A stretch of 64,000 nucleotides of DNA from Vulcanimicrobiota bacterium (lineage in GTDB: Bacteria > Vulcanimicrobiota > Vulcanimicrobiia > Eremiobacterales > Eremiobacteraceae). Shown in pieces: positions 57,486-64,000 of this stretch (position 1 is the stretch's first letter; each line of letters starts with the position of its first letter). Position numbers and translations under genes: made by a program. The notes below the pieces were generated by a model. The model was not told the DNA's origin. It made no database searches and was given only the letters and a program-made list of their open reading frames with translations. Location of the stretch: positions 224,001 through 288,000 of the forward strand of contig CAWETU010000001.1 in NCBI GenBank assembly GCA_963812135.1, written 5' to 3'.

Positions 57486-58222
57486 CCGACCGTTCGTCCG
57501 AGCAACGGCACCAGGCGAAACGACTTCACGCTCGGCCGTTTGCCGTTGCCTAAGTCCAATTCGAGGCTGCCGGCATTTTCCGCGTACGCACCCGCGTGGA
57601 CGATCGGCACGCCCGCGACAATCTCGGGATCGCGCAGCGTGTGGTGGCTATGGCCGCCGATGATCGCGCCGATGCTCGGATACGCGCGCGCAAGCTCGCG
57701 ATCGGCGTCGAGCCCCAAGTGCGAGAGCACGAGCGTGACGTCTATGCCGTCGTCCGGCGTGAGCAGCTCATCCATCGCCGCTTGCACGGATAAGAATCGC
57801 CAGCCGAAGACCGTCTCCCAGCCGCTTCCCGTGCGATATTGCGGCGCGAGCAGCGCGAGCAGGCGAACGCGCGCCCCGCCCGCCTCCACGACGAGCGAGC
57901 GCCGATACGGCGGCGTCCGGTCGCGCAGATCGAGTAGATTCGAGCAGATCATGGGCATGGGCATGGCTTTGGCGCGCGCCTCGAACCAGGCGTGGACATA
58001 GTGGAACTCGCGGTTGCCGACCGCTTGCGCGCGATACGGCGCCGCAGCGAACTCGCTCGTCACGGGCTCGACTCGCCGGTAGAGCGTCGACGAGCCGCTC
58101 AGGCTGTCGCCGCAATCCACGAGCAGCGCCGAGGGTTCGACGAGCGCGGCGAGCTTGCGGCCGAAACCGCGGCGCCCGTGCACGTCGGCGGTGTGGTAGA
58201 CGACGAGCGTGCCGGCGCTCAT
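57482..58222 (-). CDS. Calcineurin-like metallophosphoesterase (5'-nucleotidase N-domain-like)
   Basis: HT.DVH, D.GD, GNREF, SHLG, GGHSH. Confidence 0.85.
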   Translation of the reverse strand: MSAGTLVVYHTADVHGRRGFGRKLAALVEPSALLVDCGDSLSGSSTLYRRVEPVTSEFAAAPYRAQAVGNREFHYVHAWFEARAKAMPMPMICSNLLDLRDRTPPYRRSLVVEAGGARVRLLALLAPQYRTGSGWETVFGWRFLSVQAAMDELLTPDDGIDVTLVLSHLGLDADRELARAYPSIGAIIGGHSHHTLRDPEIVAGVPIVHAGAYAENAGSLELDLGNGKRPSVKSFRLVPLLGRTVG

Positions 58223-59388
58223 GCGGGCTGCGCCGTCTCCATCGTCGCGGCGACGAAGCGGGCGATCCGCGCGAGCGAATCCGGCGGCCCGAGCACCGTG
58301 CGCAGGGCCGCATAACCGCGCAGCTGCGATTCGCGCTCGGCGCTGTCGGTGAGCAGCGCAGTCGTGCGTTCGACGAGATGCTCGGGCGTCAAGTCATCCT
58401 GCAGCAATTCGGGGACGACGCTTCGGCCGAGCAACAGATTCGGCAGGGTGAGCGGCCCGCGGACGAACTGCGGCACCCGGCGTTGCGCGATGCGATATTG
58501 TGCGCGACTGATCGCGTAGAAAGCGATTTGCGGCACCGCACGCAGCGCCGTTTCCAACACCGCAGTGCCGGACGCCACCCACGCCAGGTCGGTGGCGAGC
58601 ATGGCATCTTGGATCGCGGCGCCGCGCGCGATGACCGGCCGGCCGGCGCTCATCCGTGGCCAGCATCGCTCGATCTGCCGGGCGCGCGCCTCCGAAGCGC
58701 CGGCGATGACAAACGTCGCGCGCACGCTCGCGGTCAGCATCGACGCCGCTGACGCAAGACGCGGCAGCATGAGGTCGATCTCTTCGCGCCGGCTGCCCGG
58801 GAATATGACGATCCGCGGACCGTCGGCCGGCTCGAGTTCCAACTGTGCCGGCCACTGCGCCGCTCGAGTCACGCGCGGCGCGATCGCCGAGACCAGTGGA
58901 TGGCCGAAAAATTCGCAGCGCAGGCCGAGCCGGTGATAGAAATCGCGCTGGCGCGCAAACGGCGTGAGCGGTATCGCGACGCGCGCGACCTCACGCGCCT
59001 GCCGCTCGTTGTCGAGCCATGCGCCCGGCGGGAAATAATAGACGATGGTGCCGCGATAGCCATCGTGGCGCAGCTGCTGCGCCAACCGCAGATTGAACGC
59101 GCCGAAATCGACGGGAAGGATGACGCGCGGCGGGTCGCGGCGCAGCGCGGACGCGTATCGGCGCATGGTCACGTAGAGTCCCGGGATCTTCGCAATTGCG
59201 GACACCGGCCCGATGCTGGCCCACTCGGCCGAGTCGGCGCTGACGCGCGCGCCCGCCGCGCGCAGCCGTTCTGACCCGATCGCCTCGGCCGTCGTATCCG
59301 GCCGCAACCCGCGCAGCTCCGTCAAGAGCAGTGACGCCTGGAGATCGCCTGACGCTTCGCCGGCGCTTAAGAAGATGTCTGAGCTCAC
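58219..59388 (-). CDS. lpxB: Lipid-A-disaccharide synthase
   Basis: AGEASGD, D...FN, GHPL, PGSR..EI, SGT..LE, LPNL. Confidence 0.9.
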   Translation of the reverse strand: MSSDIFLSAGEASGDLQASLLLTELRGLRPDTTAEAIGSERLRAAGARVSADSAEWASIGPVSAIAKIPGLYVTMRRYASALRRDPPRVILPVDFGAFNLRLAQQLRHDGYRGTIVYYFPPGAWLDNERQAREVARVAIPLTPFARQRDFYHRLGLRCEFFGHPLVSAIAPRVTRAAQWPAQLELEPADGPRIVIFPGSRREEIDLMLPRLASAASMLTASVRATFVIAGASEARARQIERCWPRMSAGRPVIARGAAIQDAMLATDLAWVASGTAVLETALRAVPQIAFYAISRAQYRIAQRRVPQFVRGPLTLPNLLLGRSVVPELLQDDLTPEHLVERTTALLTDSAERESQLRGYAALRTVLGPPDSLARIARFVAATMETAQPA

Positions 59389-59404
59389 CGGCGGCGGCCG
59401 CCCG

Positions 59405-60265
59405 TCAGTCCGATGAGGGTGCTTCCTCGGCTTCAGGGGCGCGGCCGCGCCCGATGGCGCGCGTCGTGAAACCGCGCTGCGAGCCGTTGAGGAAGAACGC
59501 CACCAGCTCTTTGCCTTCCTCGGTTGTCACGCGATCGCGCAGCCGCTCGACCGCGCCGGACAACGTCTGGTCGCCCATATAGATGGCGCGGTACGCTTCT
59601 TTGAGCTCCGTCTGCGCTTGCGCGGACACGTTCTGGCGCTTCAGGCCGACGCGATTAAGTCCGCGCACCCACGCCGGATTGCCCTCGACTAGCATGAACG
59701 GCGGGCAGTCCTTGAGCACCTTGCTGCGGCCGCCGATGAATGCGAGCCTGCCGATGCGCACGAACTGATGCACGCCGACCATGCCCGAGAGATTGGCGCC
59801 GTCGCCGACGATGCAGTGGCCCGCGAGCTGCGTGAGATTCGACATGACGACGCTGTCGCCGATGCGGCAATCGTGCGCGATGTGAACATACGCGAGCAGA
59901 TGGCAATCCGACCCGATCGTCGTCTCGGACTGCGGCTCGGTGCCGCGGTTGACGGTGACGTACTCGCGGATCTGATTGCGGTCGCCGATGCGCACGTAGG
60001 ACACGTCGCCGCGGAACTTCTTGTCCTGCGACGTGCCGCCGATCACCGCGAACGGATGGATGACGTTCTCGGCGCCGATCTCCGTGTGGCCCTGCACGAC
60101 GACGTTGGCCAAGAGCTTGGTCCCATCACCGATGGACGCGTTCTTGCCGACGATGCAATACGGGCCGATCTCGACGTCGCGACCGATGCGCGCGCCCGGA
60201 TGCACGACCGCGGTCGCATGGACGTTGAGCGTGTGGATGCTGACGGAGTAGCCCGGCTTGCTCAT
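59405..60265 (-). CDS. lpxA: UDP-GlcNAc acyltransferase
   Basis: Hexapeptide repeats, QDKK, IREY.TVNRGT, H.AHDC, HQF, GLN.VGL.R. Confidence 0.95.
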   Translation of the reverse strand: MSKPGYSVSIHTLNVHATAVVHPGARIGRDVEIGPYCIVGKNASIGDGTKLLANVVVQGHTEIGAENVIHPFAVIGGTSQDKKFRGDVSYVRIGDRNQIREYVTVNRGTEPQSETTIGSDCHLLAYVHIAHDCRIGDSVVMSNLTQLAGHCIVGDGANLSGMVGVHQFVRIGRLAFIGGRSKVLKDCPPFMLVEGNPAWVRGLNRVGLKRQNVSAQAQTELKEAYRAIYMGDQTLSGAVERLRDRVTTEEGKELVAFFLNGSQRGFTTRAIGRGRAPEAEEAPSSD

Positions 60266-60272
60266 GCCGGCG

Positions 60273-60746
60273 TCACATGTCGAGGATGGTGGCGTCGAGC
60301 TGGAACAGCCGCGAGTCCGTCACCACCGAGAACATCAGCAGCGCGCTGCATACCACTTGGTCGTCGACGCGCGATTCCGCTTGCAGGCAGCCGTACGTCC
60401 TGCGCAGCCACTGCACGCTTACTTCCATCATGAGCCGGTCGCCCGGCAGCACGGGCCGGCGGAAGCGCACTTTGTCGACGCCGGCGAGATACGGCACCGA
60501 CGTCGTCGCCGCTTTTGGTTCGAGGATCACGGTGCCGCCGAGCTGCGCCATCGCTTCGATGATGAAGATGCCGGGCATCACCGGATTGTTGGGGAAATGA
60601 CCTTGGAAGAACGGTTCGTTGATCGTGACGTTCTTGAAGCCCGCGGCGCGCTTGAGCGGCTCGAGCTCGGTGATGCGGTCGAGCAGCAGCATCGGATAGC
60701 GATGCGGCAATGTCTCCATGATGCGCCGGATGTCGATGTCAGCCAT
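60273..60746 (-). CDS. fabZ: 3-hydroxyacyl-ACP dehydratase
   Basis: LPHRYP.LL.D, NEPFFQGHFP..PVMPG, EAMAQ. Confidence 0.95.
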   Translation of the reverse strand: MADIDIRRIMETLPHRYPMLLLDRITELEPLKRAAGFKNVTINEPFFQGHFPNNPVMPGIFIIEAMAQLGGTVILEPKAATTSVPYLAGVDKVRFRRPVLPGDRLMMEVSVQWLRRTYGCLQAESRVDDQVVCSALLMFSVVTDSRLFQLDATILDM

Positions 60747-60755
60747 AGCGGACCC

Positions 60756-61592
60756 CTAACCAGCTGCCGGCGCGAGCATCGCGCGCAACGCGCGCGCGGC
60801 GGCCACGTGCAGCGCGTGTCCGGATTTGATCGCGATGACGCGCGCGCGCAGATACATGCCGATCAGCGCGAAATCGCCGATCAGGTCGAGCGCTTTATGG
60901 CGCACGACCTCGTCTGGGAAGCGCAGCTCGCTCATGTAGCCGTCGGTGTCGATCACCACGGCGTTGTCGAGCGAGCCGCCGCGCGCGAGACCGGCCGCCG
61001 CCAGCGCTTCGATCTCGTGCTTGAAACCAAACGTGCGATTCGGCGCGATCTCGCGCAAGAAGTAGTCCGGCGTGATCGGCGGCGTCGCCAGGAATTGATG
61101 GCCGACCGGCTCGGGGAACGAGACGAAGAAGCTGATCGAGAACTCGTCCGCGGGCAATATCGCGAGCAGCTTGTCGTCGTCTTCAAACCAGACGGGTTCG
61201 CGCAGCTCGAGCACGCGTCGCGCCGCGGGTTGCTCGACCACGCCCGCTTCGACGATGGCGCGCGCGAAGGGCAACGCGCTGCCGTCGAGGATCGGCACTT
61301 CGTCTCCCTGGACCGCGATCGTGGCGTTGTCGACGCCCATGCCGGTGAGCGCCGCGAGCACGTGCTCGACCGTGTTCACGACGCCGCGCTCGGAACCAAG
61401 CGTGGTGCAACGCACGGTCGACCGTACCGCATCGGGCGTCGCCGCGATGCGCTCGCCGTCGGCCAGCACAAATGAAAAACCGGCATTCGCCGGCGCTGGC
61501 CCCACGGTCACGGCACTAGCGCCACCGGTGTGCAGACCGACACCGCGCAACGTGAAATCTCGGGCCAGCGTATGCTGCTTGTCGAAGGTCAC
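60756..61592 (-). CDS. lpxC: UDP-3-O-acyl-GlcNAc deacetylase
   Basis: GVGLHTG, TVEH, E.PILDGS, RTFG, HKALDLIGD, GH. Confidence 0.95.
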   Translation of the reverse strand: MTFDKQHTLARDFTLRGVGLHTGGASAVTVGPAPANAGFSFVLADGERIAATPDAVRSTVRCTTLGSERGVVNTVEHVLAALTGMGVDNATIAVQGDEVPILDGSALPFARAIVEAGVVEQPAARRVLELREPVWFEDDDKLLAILPADEFSISFFVSFPEPVGHQFLATPPITPDYFLREIAPNRTFGFKHEIEALAAAGLARGGSLDNAVVIDTDGYMSELRFPDEVVRHKALDLIGDFALIGMYLRARVIAIKSGHALHVAAARALRAMLAPAAG

Positions 61593-61607
61593 GACGGCAC
61601 GTCGGCC

Positions 61608-62648
61608 CTACCGGCGCTTGCGCAGTTCCGCCACTGCGTCCATGAGTTCGCGCACTTGGTCGAACAGCTTAGGCAGTTTTCGGAAGCTAACCTTCTGCGC
61701 CATCTCTTCGCGGATCGGCAACGCGGGCGTGCCCCACACTTTCGAATTCGGCGGCAGATCCGAGGTGATGCCGGTCTGCCCGCCGGCGATGGTCATGTCG
61801 CCGACCGTGATGTGACCGTTCACGCCGACTTGGCCCGCGAACGTGACGAGCGCGCCGACGTCGGTCGAACCGGCGATGCCGACTTGCGCGCACAGCGTGC
61901 TGTCTTCGCCGATCGTGCAATTATGCCCGATCTGCACCAGATTGTCGATCTTCGTGCCGCTGCCGACGACGGTCGATCCGGTGACCGCGCGATCGATCGC
62001 GCTGCACGCGCCGATCTCGACGCGATCGCCGACGACGACGTTGCCGATCTGCGGGATCTTGATCTGCTCCTTGCCCACGCGCACGAAACCGAAACCGTCC
62101 GCGCCGATGACGCAGTTCGCGTGCAGGATGCAGTCGTCGCCGACCACGCAATCGTCCAGCACGCACGCGCGCGGATGGAGCAGCGTGCGCTTGCCGATCG
62201 ACGCATTGCGCCCGACGTACGCGCCCGCCATGATGATCGCGCCGTCGTCCAGCCGAGCGCCCGAGGACACGACCGCTCCCGCGCCGATGAACACGTCCTT
62301 GCCGCGTTCGACGCCGTCGTCGACGACGGCGCTCGGGTGCGTGAACGGTCCGCGCGGCAGCGGCGGCGCGAACGATGCGAGGATCGCGGCCAACGCGGCG
62401 CGCACGTCGCGCGCCAAGACGAGCGATTTGCCGTTCCGGTCGATGCCGGCGGCGGTGTCGGGGACGATGACCGCTGCAGCGCGCGACGCGATCGCTCGGG
62501 CGATCCAGCGATCGTCGACCGCGAAGGTGAGCGTGCCGGGCGCCGCTTCGTCGACCGACGAGACGCGCTCGATCACGAGGCCTTCTTCGCCCGCGACCGT
62601 TGCGCCGGCGATCGCGGCCAAATCGCCGAGGCGGCGCGATGCCGTCAC
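61608..62648 (-). CDS. lpxD: UDP-3-O-acylglucosamine N-acyltransferase
   Basis: IGADGFG, KIPQIG.V, IDR, KIDNLVQIGHN, AQVGIAGS. Confidence 0.95.
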   Translation of the reverse strand: MTASRRLGDLAAIAGATVAGEEGLVIERVSSVDEAAPGTLTFAVDDRWIARAIASRAAAVIVPDTAAGIDRNGKSLVLARDVRAALAAILASFAPPLPRGPFTHPSAVVDDGVERGKDVFIGAGAVVSSGARLDDGAIIMAGAYVGRNASIGKRTLLHPRACVLDDCVVGDDCILHANCVIGADGFGFVRVGKEQIKIPQIGNVVVGDRVEIGACSAIDRAVTGSTVVGSGTKIDNLVQIGHNCTIGEDSTLCAQVGIAGSTDVGALVTFAGQVGVNGHITVGDMTIAGGQTGITSDLPPNSKVWGTPALPIREEMAQKVSFRKLPKLFDQVRELMDAVAELRKRR

Positions 62649-62658
62649 CGTCGAGCGC

Positions 62659-63084
62659 CTATTTCGGCGTCGGCGACGGCGGCGTGATCTTCAGCGCTTT
62701 TTCGACATCGGTCGTGATATCGTCGCCGCCGTACGCCGTGCCTTCCCGGGTCACGACCATCTGATAGTTCTTCTGCTTGGCGATGTCGGTGACAGCGGCG
62801 CGTACTTCGCCCGTGACCTTCTCGTTCCAGGCCTTCTCTTGCGCCTGGAATTGGGCGAGCTGTTTGCGCTTGTCGGCCGCGCTGATCCGGCTCTGCGAAA
62901 TCGCTTGGTAGTTGGCTTGCAGCTGGTTGAAATAGTTCTGGAACTCCGGCCAGTTCTGTTCGACCTCGGTGACCCGCACGACGGCGATGCGCGAATGGCT
63001 CTGCGCGCAGCCGCCGACGGCGACCGCAGCGACGAGCGCGACGGCGGCGAACGAACAGCGTTTGAGTGTGTGTGTCACGATCAA
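62659..63084 (-). CDS. OmpH/Skp-like chaperone (lipoprotein-type N-terminus)
   Basis: VGGC lipobox, IAVV, coiled coil, V......YGG.DIT.DV C-terminus. Confidence 0.75.
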   Translation of the reverse strand: MIVTHTLKRCSFAAVALVAAVAVGGCAQSHSRIAVVRVTEVEQNWPEFQNYFNQLQANYQAISQSRISAADKRKQLAQFQAQEKAWNEKVTGEVRAAVTDIAKQKNYQMVVTREGTAYGGDDITTDVEKALKITPPSPTPK

Positions 63085-64000
63085 CTCCCAGATGGTGATG
63101 GCGTAGTGGATGAGGGGACTTCCGGTGCGGAGGATGACGACGACGGCACGACCGCAGGCAGCGCGGCGATCGCCTTGACGACTTGGTCGGTGATATCGAT
63201 CGCTTTGCCGGCGCCGCGGACGTTGGTGAACACGACGGCGAGTCCGTCGTTGCGCGCGACGCTGCCGATCTGCGACTGCACCTGATCCACGATCTTGGCG
63301 TAGAGATCGCGGCGCTGCGCCGCCAGCGTCTGCGCCTCGTCGCCGAGCGCGACGTCGTCCTGGAACTGCATGTGCGCGATGGCGCTGTACTTCTGCACGA
63401 GCTGCTTGCGCGTCTGCTGATACGACGTCAGCGCTTTTTGGAATTCGGCGGTGTATTGCGCCTGGTTCTCGTTGTGGATCTTGTCGATCTGCGCGCGCTC
63501 TTTCGGGTTCTTCGCGATGGCGGCATTCGCGTTGGCCACCTGCTGCTGGTATTGCGTGCCGATCCCAGAGAGCTGCGTCCGCAGCTGTTCGTTGGTCTGC
63601 TTCTGGCGCGCCTGCAGCTTATCGTTGGTGTCCTTCATCGACGCGAGCCGCGCCTTGTTGTAGCGCGCAGCGGCGTCGCGCTGCAGCGTGTCCTCATACG
63701 TCTTCAGGTCGGCGTTGTCGCGCGTCTTGAGCTGGTTGATCATCGCCTCTTCGCGCGTCTCGATGTTCGCGAGCTGGCTCTCGACCTGCTGGCGGTCCGT
63801 CGGTGACAGGTTGAGGTTTTCGAGCTGCGCTTTGAGGTTGAGACGCTGGCTCTGGCTCTGTTTGGCCAGACTGATCTGATAGTCGGTCTCTTGCTTCTCG
63901 AGCTGCGCGCGCCGCGCGCCGATCTTCAGACCGACCTCTTGCTGGAGTTGGCGCGCCACTTGCTGCAGATGCTGGTTATCCGCCTGGAACAACTGCTTCT
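63081..64000 (-). CDS. Long OmpH/Skp-like coiled-coil protein (5' end outside the window)
   Basis: Gln-rich coiled coils ending in A...GL.VVF.....DITDQV. Confidence 0.7.
   Translation of the reverse strand, partial: KQLFQADNQHLQQVARQLQQEVGLKIGARRAQLEKQETDYQISLAKQSQSQRLNLKAQLENLNLSPTDRQQVESQLANIETREEAMINQLKTRDNADLKTYEDTLQRDAAARYNKARLASMKDTNDKLQARQKQTNEQLRTQLSGIGTQYQQQVANANAAIAKNPKERAQIDKIHNENQAQYTAEFQKALTSYQQTRKQLVQKYSAIAHMQFQDDVALGDEAQTLAAQRRDLYAKIVDQVQSQIGSVARNDGLAVVFTNVRGAGKAIDITDQVVKAIAALPAVVPSSSSSAPEVPSSTTPSPSGS

Noticed and set aside
48238..64000. Outer-membrane gene cluster as a novel system
   Set aside because: The ompH-lpx-lpt-DUF3084-SLH porin arrangement is already known from diderm Terrabacteria; only its unusual members are reported as findings.

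Overview
High-GC, gene-dense chromosomal window from a diderm Terrabacteria-type organism. The lpx/lpt cluster with DUF3084, an SLH-porin and pdxST, and the Bacillus-like gene order, are compatible with Eremiobacterota/Vulcanimicrobiota, but this is inference only. Most genes are housekeeping: tmk, an Arg/Lys decarboxylase, pdxST, a pilT-like ATPase, ispE, rne, minC-minD-minD-minE-rodA, dnaX-ybaB-recR, recQ, an RND pump, and an outer-membrane cluster (ompH x2, lpxD-lpxC-fabZ-lpxA-lpxB, lptC/B/FG, SLH porin). The best candidate for an undescribed system is a tightly overlapping 7-gene minus-strand operon (27096-36880). It encodes a class I HMG-CoA reductase, a UbiA-like prenyltransferase, a rifampicin-phosphotransferase-like dikinase, a BtaA/DUF3419 aminocarboxypropyl transferase, a CTP-dependent polyprenol-kinase-like membrane protein, a YghO/bacterial-ceramide-synthase-like GNAT and an OleC-like adenylating enzyme, and looks like a pathway for an unusual amino/isoprenoid lipid. 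Other notable points: a GNRE-motif metallophosphoesterase placed where an LpxH substitute would be expected; an O-antigen-ligase-LptC fusion with REP-like repeats in its linker; tandem minD genes; two single-base frameshifts (possibly assembly errors); two genes that seem to need ATA/CTG starts; and a motif shared by the rne and recQ leaders. I found no rRNA, tRNA, CRISPR array, integrase or transposase. All family calls come from reading motifs by eye, not from database searches.
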